Below are positions 9,981 to 18,061 of a DNA stretch of 64,000 nucleotides, in pieces (positions within the stretch are counted from its first letter, which is position 1; each line of letters begins with the position of its first letter). Where the stretch lies: contig OY760686.1 of NCBI GenBank assembly GCA_963663865.1, positions 672,001 to 736,000 on the forward strand, in the 5' to 3' direction. Source of the stretch: Spirochaetota bacterium. Its GTDB lineage: Bacteria; Spirochaetota; UBA4802; UBA5550. The position numbers and the translations under genes were made by a program. The notes beneath the pieces are model-generated. The model worked only from the letters and a program-made list of their open reading frames with translations, had not been told where the DNA came from and did no database searches.

Positions 9981-10964
9981 ATGACAGGAAGAGCTCTGGC
10001 TGTATTAATGTTAGTCCTGATTTTGTGCTCCGGCGCATTTGCCGGCTACTTTGGTGAAGGAGATGGAGGCTCCGATCCTGACGGTGGGAGCGGGCCGGAG
10101 CTTCCTGTTCCCGGTGAGGAGTATGAGGCTGGAAACATCGATTTCTACAGCATGTTCCGCTATGAGGACGAGATAAACGGAATATTCGATTACTCATATT
10201 ATTTTGAAAAATCGAAAGGAGGCAGCCTGTTCCTTGCAGAGCCTTCTTTTTATTACTCAGAAAACTGCAAAATGTCGATGAACAGCTTCAGGTGGATCTT
10301 TGCCTCAAGTTTCAAGGTCAGTCTGAGCCTGCCGTACATATTCCGCTCTGTTGAATCAAGCGGCGCGAAGTACAGCACTTCCGGAATAGGAGACAGCCGG
10401 GCGGCCCTTTCCTATTATCTGCCTTTCGGTAATATCAAGACGCTTACCGAAGCAGGATGCCTTCTCCCAACAGGAGACGAATCAGCCAGTGACGGAGGGT
10501 ACTATCTGCCCCTGGGGAATGGCGGCGCAGCGTTCAGCCTCTCTGAGTCACTTGACTACAGAATAACATCTCTCCGATTTTTCGGAAGCCTTGGGCTCAC
10601 ATACCATACATCCTCAGAGATAAATGGCAACGGAGCCGCTCTTGAGCAGGAAAAGGGTATGCTGATGAGGGCCGGAGCCGGTACTGAGTATTCGTTTGCC
10701 GGAGGTTTGAAGCTTTTTGCCAGACTGTCGTATTACGGGCAGCTTGAGGGCAGGGTAAGGGCCGATGGTTCTGACTGGGTTGATGCCGGCGATGATTTCA
10801 CCAGGCTTGAGGCCTCGGGCGGGTTGCGATATTTTCTGCTGAGCGACAGGCTCGAAGCCGACCTTGTTTTTTCAGCGCCTGTCATAAGTGAGCGGGGGGA
10901 CAACGCCTCGTCAGTTCAGGATGACTCGTTCGGACTGAGCTTTAAAGTTCTGCTTTCAATCTAA
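9981..10964 (+). CDS. Outer-membrane beta-barrel protein (MetA-pathway/'transporter'-like)
   Basis: Signal peptide; LSLPY...SGIGD...LPTGD...LGNG pattern; amphipathic strands. Confidence 0.65.
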   Translation: MTGRALAVLMLVLILCSGAFAGYFGEGDGGSDPDGGSGPELPVPGEEYEAGNIDFYSMFRYEDEINGIFDYSYYFEKSKGGSLFLAEPSFYYSENCKMSMNSFRWIFASSFKVSLSLPYIFRSVESSGAKYSTSGIGDSRAALSYYLPFGNIKTLTEAGCLLPTGDESASDGGYYLPLGNGGAAFSLSESLDYRITSLRFFGSLGLTYHTSSEINGNGAALEQEKGMLMRAGAGTEYSFAGGLKLFARLSYYGQLEGRVRADGSDWVDAGDDFTRLEASGGLRYFLLSDRLEADLVFSAPVISERGDNASSVQDDSFGLSFKVLLSI

Positions 10965-10981
10965 TGCCGGGGAGAAATACT

Positions 10982-12037
10982 ATGAAAAGAATAACAATGT
11001 TGATCTATATCCTTTCCGCAACTGTCCTGATGGCGGCATGTTCAAACAGCGATGGAGATGAAAGGGCCCCGCTGAGGGCTACAAACACTGTACTGGTAGC
11101 CGGTCTGTCGTATATATCGGAGGCAGGCGGTATTAACGCATGCTACTGGAAAAACGGGGTATTGACAGGGCTCTACAATACCGAAGTGTACTCATATTCA
11201 GAAGCGTATCAGGTTACCGCGCTGAATGACAACATATATGTCTCGGGCAACTATTATAGGTCGTCTGACAATATTTACAATGCCTGTTACTGGATTAATG
11301 ACAGACTGGGACGTACAGATCTGGGGCCGGGGCGAGCGAGAGGAATTCATATTGAAGGTGACGATATCTATGTCGCGGGCCACATGACAGAGGGAGTTTC
11401 CACTTTCGATACGGCTTATCCCTGCTACTGGAGAAACGGAGTGCTTGTTCAGCTTGGTACTGTCGATAGTGGCTGGGCTATGGATGTCGATGTAAACGGC
11501 AGCGATGTTTATGTCAGCGGAAGGGAGGTCGTTGATGGAGAAAGGCTCGCGGGTTACTGGCTCAACGGGGTCAAAACAGATCTGACAAGCTCAACAGGCG
11601 CAAGTACAAACGTAAAATGTATAGAATATGAAAATGGCAATCTTCACGCTGCCGGAACCACAGACGAATCAGGCGATTACAGAGCCGTGTACTGGCTTAA
11701 CGATTCGCCCCAGCAGCTCCCAATACCCACTGACTGTATTGACTCATACGCCACTGGAATGTTCGTAAATACAGAGGGTGTTGTGTACGTCAGCGGATAC
11801 TGTTTTACGGGAATACGCAACAGAGCATGCTACTGGCTGAATGGAGCGCTTGTCGAGCTTGAGACTGCGGACGAGTCCGAGGCCAACAGTGTGTATGAAT
11901 TCGAAGGAAGCGTCTATGTGACCGGGAATATATCCCAATCTTTTGAAAACAGATGCTGCATCTGGAAGGATGGGGTCAGAGAGATTATTTCTACCGAAGA
12001 CTCCAACGGCTTTTCCGTGTGGGACCCGTATTTTTAA
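10982..12037 (+). CDS. Lipoprotein with repeated VYVSG...YWxNG blades (probable beta-propeller)
   Basis: Lipobox LMAAC; about seven repeats (ACYWKNG, ACYWIND, PCYWRNG, GYWLNG, VYWLND, ACYWLNG, CIWKDG). Confidence 0.8.
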   Translation: MKRITMLIYILSATVLMAACSNSDGDERAPLRATNTVLVAGLSYISEAGGINACYWKNGVLTGLYNTEVYSYSEAYQVTALNDNIYVSGNYYRSSDNIYNACYWINDRLGRTDLGPGRARGIHIEGDDIYVAGHMTEGVSTFDTAYPCYWRNGVLVQLGTVDSGWAMDVDVNGSDVYVSGREVVDGERLAGYWLNGVKTDLTSSTGASTNVKCIEYENGNLHAAGTTDESGDYRAVYWLNDSPQQLPIPTDCIDSYATGMFVNTEGVVYVSGYCFTGIRNRACYWLNGALVELETADESEANSVYEFEGSVYVTGNISQSFENRCCIWKDGVREIISTEDSNGFSVWDPYF

Positions 12038-12951
12038 TAGCTGATGCCGGCCGAGACTGAGAGGCTCCACGCGGAGCCTGAGGTTCCGGCGGAATCGCTG
12101 TACGTCATTGTTTCTTCACCGGTGCTGTTGTTCAGCGAACGAGTATCTCCCCTCACCGTAAACAGCTTCTCGTATCCGCATGACCCCTTTATTGTGAGGG
12201 GGGATATCAACCTGATCTGAAAGTATAACTCTCCGGACAGAAAAGCTCCCCCTCTGAGGGTGTCGTAGTATGTAGTCATGGTGCTGTAGTGGCGGTCGAC
12301 CGCGCTGCAGAAAACATAAGGGCCGTATTCGGCTATTATGCCTGCGTCGCAGAAGCCGTGTAATGTTTTATCCACGCGCAGCCCGAAGAGCGGAATGGTG
12401 AACTCCTGCTCATAGCGGATGAGAGTTCCTTCAATAGGGTAGCTTACTCCTTCCGGAGAGAGCGCGTAGCCGTCAAAGGCCTCGAAGGCCGTGTTCAGGC
12501 GCTTCGAGCCCGCGTAAGGGGCAATAGTGATGCCGTTGAATGACGGTATTTCAAAGCCGGCGAAAAGTCCGAAAGTCATATACCCGGCAATTCTGCATCT
12601 GTGGTAAGATTCACGTGTAACCGTACCATCAGAGAGGCGGTCAATGTCTGATACTGTTCCTGATGTTTTATCATAGCCGGAAGAGATGAAGGCGCTCAGA
12701 AAAAAACCATGCAGAGAAAGCGCTGTCTCCACTTTAACTGCAAAGATGTTCTGTATTGACCAGTTCAGTCTGCTTGAATTGCTGCCGCTGTATACCTCTT
12801 CCATGATATTCCCATTGATTAGCTGTCCGGAAAAAAAGAGCTCAAATCCGGGAGCTGTTTTTTCTTTCCGGGCTGTTCCGGCATAGAGAGCATCAGCCAT
12901 GGCGAAAAAGATCATAACAGTTACTGTTAATCGACGAAGAAAGTAGATCAT
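12034..12951 (-). CDS. Omptin-family outer membrane protease-like protein
   Basis: Signal peptide; SRLNW, G-x-x-x-D-I-D and D-R-H motifs match the omptin DxD and DxH pairs; terminal aromatic (AGISY). Confidence 0.7.
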   Translation of the reverse strand: MIYFLRRLTVTVMIFFAMADALYAGTARKEKTAPGFELFFSGQLINGNIMEEVYSGSNSSRLNWSIQNIFAVKVETALSLHGFFLSAFISSGYDKTSGTVSDIDRLSDGTVTRESYHRCRIAGYMTFGLFAGFEIPSFNGITIAPYAGSKRLNTAFEAFDGYALSPEGVSYPIEGTLIRYEQEFTIPLFGLRVDKTLHGFCDAGIIAEYGPYVFCSAVDRHYSTMTTYYDTLRGGAFLSGELYFQIRLISPLTIKGSCGYEKLFTVRGDTRSLNNSTGEETMTYSDSAGTSGSAWSLSVSAGISY

Positions 12952-13099
12952 TGTTTTACATGCCGTTAAAAATAGGTGGATTTTTAAAGATTCATACTCT
13001 CATAATATCACTGCCTTTGTCGACTTTTATTCAACGGGACGGTAATATAACAGCTGCATGTAATATAGGGCTCGTTCCTAAAAACTGAGGAGGTTGTTC

Positions 13100-14392
13100 A
13101 TGGGTCTCAAAATAGGGGTTTGTATAAAAAGAGGGTGGACCTGGGCGGTCATTGTCTTTTGTGCTGCTGCTCTGGCCGGCATCTACTACTACATGGAGAG
13201 ACAGAATACGGGAGGTACATGTATAAAGGTGGATGTTTCTGTCAGAAGCATTGATTATCGCGGCGGAAAGGCTTCCGAAAAAATGCTACAGGAGTCGCTG
13301 GCTCTCGGGACAGAGTTTCTGATTAACAATCAGCTTCCTGAAGGAAACTTCAACTATTCGTATAACTGGGTCGATGACAGGATGGACGCGGATGATAATG
13401 AGGTGAGGCAGGCCGGGGCGCTCTGGGGTCTAACGCTTATATATCAATACAGGCCTTCAGAGAAACTTCTCAATCACATAAGAAAGTCACTGAACTTCTT
13501 TAACAAGAACTCACACTCAATCGGCGGAACCAGATTTATAAAGTACGGAGAGTCTGTGACTGGAAGGACCGGGACCGTGGCTCTTGTCGCGCTGGCGCAT
13601 ATCGACTTGCTAAGGTCAAATTCACACGGCCTGTCATCGGTTGAAAAGGAGCTTTATGAAAAGCACATGAACGAATATGTAAACTTCCTGGTCAGAGCGA
13701 GGACAACTGAAGGTCTATGGCATCAGTCCTATGACAGCGCAAGCGGAAATGCTTTCGGGAAGAACTCCTCATATTTTGACGGAGAGGCGCTTCTGGCTAT
13801 GATAAAGGCCGCGCGCTACTTGGGAAGGACAGATCTGAAAGAGATTATAATGAATTCTGCTGATGCCGGCTTCAGGACTAATATTGAATGGGCACTGAAA
13901 GAAGATGAGGATTCACCGATCACAAAGGGATATTATCAATGGAGTTCTATGGCCTTTTATGAAATAGGTGAAACCGGCTGGCAAGGGTCAGAGAAATACA
14001 AATCATGCGTCATAGACCTTGCCTACTGGATGATAAATGTTCACAGGACATTGAGCAGAAATGGGAATACGGCCTATGCCTACGAGGGAATTATACATGC
14101 CTACAGGGCAGCCAGAGATCTGGGCGACACGAGAGCAGAAAAATATTTCAGAGATGTAATTGATGCCGGCCTTCATAAGCTCACAACGTGGCAGGTGGGG
14201 CACTCAGCTGCAAACAGCTATATCAGGAACCATAAAACCAAAAGGCCAATTGCTCGCGGTGGCGTCCAGAACCATCGCAGCAGGCCCGACCTGCGGATAG
14301 ACGTTACTCAGCACCAGATGCACGCCGTGGTCCTGGCGCTTAAGTATATTTATGCAAGACAGTCGGGTGAAGTGAGTGGGGGTGAGTGGTGA
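13100..14392 (+). CDS. Membrane-anchored hypothetical protein, probable alpha/alpha-toroid fold
   Basis: GAGGAGG RBS; N-terminal TM; motifs GNFNYSY, NEVRQAGALWGL, YFDGEALLA, RIDVTQH. Confidence 0.6.
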   Translation: MGLKIGVCIKRGWTWAVIVFCAAALAGIYYYMERQNTGGTCIKVDVSVRSIDYRGGKASEKMLQESLALGTEFLINNQLPEGNFNYSYNWVDDRMDADDNEVRQAGALWGLTLIYQYRPSEKLLNHIRKSLNFFNKNSHSIGGTRFIKYGESVTGRTGTVALVALAHIDLLRSNSHGLSSVEKELYEKHMNEYVNFLVRARTTEGLWHQSYDSASGNAFGKNSSYFDGEALLAMIKAARYLGRTDLKEIIMNSADAGFRTNIEWALKEDEDSPITKGYYQWSSMAFYEIGETGWQGSEKYKSCVIDLAYWMINVHRTLSRNGNTAYAYEGIIHAYRAARDLGDTRAEKYFRDVIDAGLHKLTTWQVGHSAANSYIRNHKTKRPIARGGVQNHRSRPDLRIDVTQHQMHAVVLALKYIYARQSGEVSGGEW

Positions 14393-14408
14393 CAGCAGAA
14401 ATTTCCCG

Positions 14409-14437
14409 AAGCCCCTCCGGTAATGGAGGGGCTTTTT
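14409..14437 (+). terminator. Intrinsic terminator
   Basis: aagcccctcc-ggtaat-ggaggggctt followed by T run. Confidence 0.85.
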
Positions 14438-14581
14438 GCTCTTTGAAGCAGCCTTCCGATTTATCCTTAAGCAATTCCCGCGGGCAGTACAAAAATATTA
14501 TTGAACCTTTTGCCTCCGTGCGTTATAATACAGGCCTGTATATCAGTAGAATACTCAACGGTTGAATTCTTCGGAGACATT

Positions 14582-15982
14582 ATGAGAAATGCTGTGCTTT
14601 TTTCCGTACTGATGTTGCTGCCCCTTAACACCTTCGCGGCATCTGCTCTTGAGCTTATGAATGAGGGCAGGATGAAGCTGTACAGGGGTGATATCGCTGA
14701 AGGTATCAGCGTCCTTGAAGAGGCCCGGAGAATCGACGCGGACAACCTCTTTATCAAGTACAATCTCGCGAAGGGATACAGCTGGGACAACAGGTGGGAC
14801 AGGGCTCTCAAGCTGTACGGTGAGATTGTTGCCGCTTCAGGCCCGGCTGAGCAGGTCTACTGGGATGCCCGTTTCGGCATCGCCCAGATTACATCGTGGG
14901 AGAAAAAATATGACGAGGCGCTCCAGATGTATTATGAAATTCTCAGGCTGTATAAGAACGCGCCGAAGGGGTTTAAGCTGGATATCAACCTCGCGATCGG
15001 AGATATCCTTTCCTGGAAAACAGACTATGATGAATCTGTTAGGCATTTTAAGGCGCTTCTCAAAGAGGATCCGGACAACCCTGTTATTCTAAACCGGATT
15101 TCAAAGATATATCTCTGGGGAGGCGAATACTCCAACTCGCGGGAATTTACAGAAAGGGCACTTAAACTGGATCCTGACGATTCTGCATCACTGGAAAGGA
15201 AGAGAGTGCTCGATCAGATTAAGCCTTTTACGGTTATGGCAGGATATGACTACACGTGGTACGATGTTTCAAATTCCGGCGGGAACAATGTTCAGGTACA
15301 AAGAGCCGTGCAGGGCCTGACATGGCAGTATTCTACGCCGCTCAGGTTCTTCGCTTTCGCTGACGAGGTGTTTCAGAACACAAACGATGTTGAACAGGAC
15401 GGAAGCTATTACGATGTAAGCTGTGCTCTGGGGGGTGCTTACAGAGTTAATCCACTGACATATATTTCCGGCAGGGTTGACTATTCCGCGAAGGCGGAGA
15501 TATATCCACGTTTCAGCGGAGAAATGACTCTGACAAGGAAGGTCACATCGAACATTGATCTGATGGGGACGTATAAGTACACCTATGACAGGCTTCATGA
15601 TGCCCAGGAGCTTGACGACAAGCATTATCATCTGTTGTCTCCCGGAATCGTTTTCTATTACACCCGCTTTATCTACAACAGAATTCAGTTTTACGTGGAA
15701 ACCGACACAAGGGATTTGTTTTACTCAGTAATGCTCAACCAGTATCTCGCGATAAATCCTGAGAATATAATTCAGTTCTATCTCTTTTTGAGTCAGGGCA
15801 GGAGCTATCTTGTCTATTCAGATTCGACTGTTTTCAGGGAGACTACAACTTACAGCGCGTCAATAGCATATACTCACTTCTTTAACTCATCGGTCGGAAT
15901 TGAGTTTACTCCGGGAATTACAGCGAGCGTAGGTAACTATTCGAATTATCACGCGGGCATCAACCTCATTCTAAAGTGGTAA
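14582..15982 (+). CDS. TPR + C-terminal outer-membrane beta-barrel protein (YaiO/PgaA-like export protein)
   Basis: Signal peptide, repeated LAxxxSW TPR helices (LAKGYSW, IAQITSW, IGDILSW), aromatic-rich strands, terminal Trp. Confidence 0.75.
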   Translation: MRNAVLFSVLMLLPLNTFAASALELMNEGRMKLYRGDIAEGISVLEEARRIDADNLFIKYNLAKGYSWDNRWDRALKLYGEIVAASGPAEQVYWDARFGIAQITSWEKKYDEALQMYYEILRLYKNAPKGFKLDINLAIGDILSWKTDYDESVRHFKALLKEDPDNPVILNRISKIYLWGGEYSNSREFTERALKLDPDDSASLERKRVLDQIKPFTVMAGYDYTWYDVSNSGGNNVQVQRAVQGLTWQYSTPLRFFAFADEVFQNTNDVEQDGSYYDVSCALGGAYRVNPLTYISGRVDYSAKAEIYPRFSGEMTLTRKVTSNIDLMGTYKYTYDRLHDAQELDDKHYHLLSPGIVFYYTRFIYNRIQFYVETDTRDLFYSVMLNQYLAINPENIIQFYLFLSQGRSYLVYSDSTVFRETTTYSASIAYTHFFNSSVGIEFTPGITASVGNYSNYHAGINLILKW

Positions 15983-16035
15983 GCCCGCTGAGACAAAATT
16001 GTCTGTTGTCATGAAACCGCTTTGTACGGTAGGAC

Positions 16036-18060
16036 ATGGAGGCGCTGTTGAGTGAGACCGTTGAAATTGCTGAAGGCGTATTCTGGCTTGGATCATCAGC
16101 CCGGGTTAATGGAATAAATAACAATGTTTACCTGATGCTTGACCGGAGCGAAGCCGTTATGATCGGCGCGGGCCCGGTATCGGCATTCAGCAGCATTTCG
16201 GGCGCGCTAAGGGAATTGTGCCCGGTAGAGGAAGTGAGCTTTATTTTGCTTCCAGACTATGATCCCGCTCTTTGCGGAGCGGTCCCACTGTTTGAAAAAG
16301 CCGGCTTCTCGGGTAAAATAGTCAGCCATTTCAATAACGCGCATCAGCTGGCCTCGTACGGGATTGTCTCAGAAATTGTGTTCAGCAATCTTTCGGCCAA
16401 CAGGTTATATCTCAGGTCGGGTCGAGAAATAAGGTTTATCAACACGCCATACGCCAAATCAGCCGGTTCGATTATGGCTTATGACGCTGCCAGCAATATC
16501 CTCTTCTCCGGAGAGCTTTTCAGTTCCTCGGATTGCGGCTGCGGCATTTTTGCTGATGAGGCCTCAGTGGATGAGATGGTGAGGTATCACTCAAGGTTAA
16601 TATCCTCCAACCGAATACTTGAATACTACCTGAGAGAGGCTAACAGGACGGGGGCAAAAATAATCGCGCCAGGTCACGGCCCTGTAATCAGGGACGGCTT
16701 GTCTGCCAGGGCAAAAGCCCTCTCGTCCGCTGATTGCGGGGAGCTCTTTCAGAATCTTGTGATTGAACATGACCTCGCGGGCAGCTATGTTGATGCCCTG
16801 AACGAACTTCTTGGACGAGGTTCCGGGCTTTTAGGCGCAGATGAGGTGTCAGCCGCATTCGCCGAGTCAGACGTTGAATTGGACCATGAAACCGGACTGG
16901 TAAAGTTAATCAAAGGCGACCCCGGGAGCGCATGGGAAAAAGTATTTAAAAGCATGCTCGCAGGTGGTGGTGTAAGGCGTCTCCTGCTGCTGGAAAAGGA
17001 CATCGCGGAGCTTGCAGAGAAATACGGTGTCAGGAAACCGGAAATATATAATTCGTCACTGTATCAGCTCGATGTTGCCTGTGAAAACGTGAGAAAGGAA
17101 AATGAAGCCCTAATTGAAAGCCTGAAGTCAAGCGGGATAAAGGTTGAAAATATTCTCGCCATAGACCCGCTTTCAAGGGTTTACAAAGAGGATGTTTTCA
17201 GAGAGAACCTTCTGACCGACCTGTCAGCCCGGCGCGATTACGGAATAAGCTACTCGTTTTTTATTGTCGAAGCTGACAATCTGCAGAATATCAACCAGGA
17301 GTTTGGACGCGATACGGGCGATGAGATTATCCTGAACATGGCCTATGTCCTGAAAAACTTCAAAAGGCAGCGGCGGGATTATGTTCATCATCTTGTTTTC
17401 CGTCTGAACGGGCCCGGATATGTTTACTATGTGAACGACCTTTCCAGGGAAGAGGCGCTGAATATAGCTGAAGAGGTCCGGGCTGAATTCCGTGATTCGC
17501 TGCTCTTCGTTACAGGCATTACCGTCTCCTGCGGTTTCGTTCACTCGGATGATTTTCCAGACGGCGGCAATCCTGTGGAGCTCTTGCCCGGCATAATTGA
17601 TGTTGCGTCCTCAAGGCTTAAGCTTGCGCTTCACGGCGGGGGCGATTCTGTCTGTTCAGAATCAGATACGGCGGCCATAATCAGAAAAGCAAAAAGCGTG
17701 CTGATTGCCGATCCGGATGAGAACGTCAGGCTCATGATGCAGGTTCACCTGGCAAGGGAGGGCTTTGAGGCCGTCACATGCGTGACGGGAGATGAGGCCT
17801 CCGGCATTGTGGACGCGAGAAGGCCCTCTGTCGTTGTAAGCAGCCTTCATCTTCCAAAGCTTGACGGCTTTGCCCTTCGGAAAAGGCTTCTTGATGATTC
17901 GGTGAACAAGGACATCCCGTTCATTCTGATATCTTCCGTCAAAGACGACGGATCGGTTGTACGTGCGCAGTCTCTTGGAATTTATCACTATTTCAAAAAG
18001 CCCTTCTCTGTAGTTGAGATGGTAGGACTCATCAAAGCGCTCACGAGGAGCGGGACATAG
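16036..18060 (+). CDS. Signalling protein: MBL-fold (ODP/FprA-like) + GGDEF-like + receiver domains, all degenerate
   Basis: VEIAEGVFW, LFSGELF, IAPGHG; DNLQNINQEFGRDTGDEII with NGPGY in place of GGDEF; REC with LPKLDG and KKPF. Confidence 0.8.
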   Translation: MEALLSETVEIAEGVFWLGSSARVNGINNNVYLMLDRSEAVMIGAGPVSAFSSISGALRELCPVEEVSFILLPDYDPALCGAVPLFEKAGFSGKIVSHFNNAHQLASYGIVSEIVFSNLSANRLYLRSGREIRFINTPYAKSAGSIMAYDAASNILFSGELFSSSDCGCGIFADEASVDEMVRYHSRLISSNRILEYYLREANRTGAKIIAPGHGPVIRDGLSARAKALSSADCGELFQNLVIEHDLAGSYVDALNELLGRGSGLLGADEVSAAFAESDVELDHETGLVKLIKGDPGSAWEKVFKSMLAGGGVRRLLLLEKDIAELAEKYGVRKPEIYNSSLYQLDVACENVRKENEALIESLKSSGIKVENILAIDPLSRVYKEDVFRENLLTDLSARRDYGISYSFFIVEADNLQNINQEFGRDTGDEIILNMAYVLKNFKRQRRDYVHHLVFRLNGPGYVYYVNDLSREEALNIAEEVRAEFRDSLLFVTGITVSCGFVHSDDFPDGGNPVELLPGIIDVASSRLKLALHGGGDSVCSESDTAAIIRKAKSVLIADPDENVRLMMQVHLAREGFEAVTCVTGDEASGIVDARRPSVVVSSLHLPKLDGFALRKRLLDDSVNKDIPFILISSVKDDGSVVRAQSLGIYHYFKKPFSVVEMVGLIKALTRSGT

Positions 18061-18061
18061 T

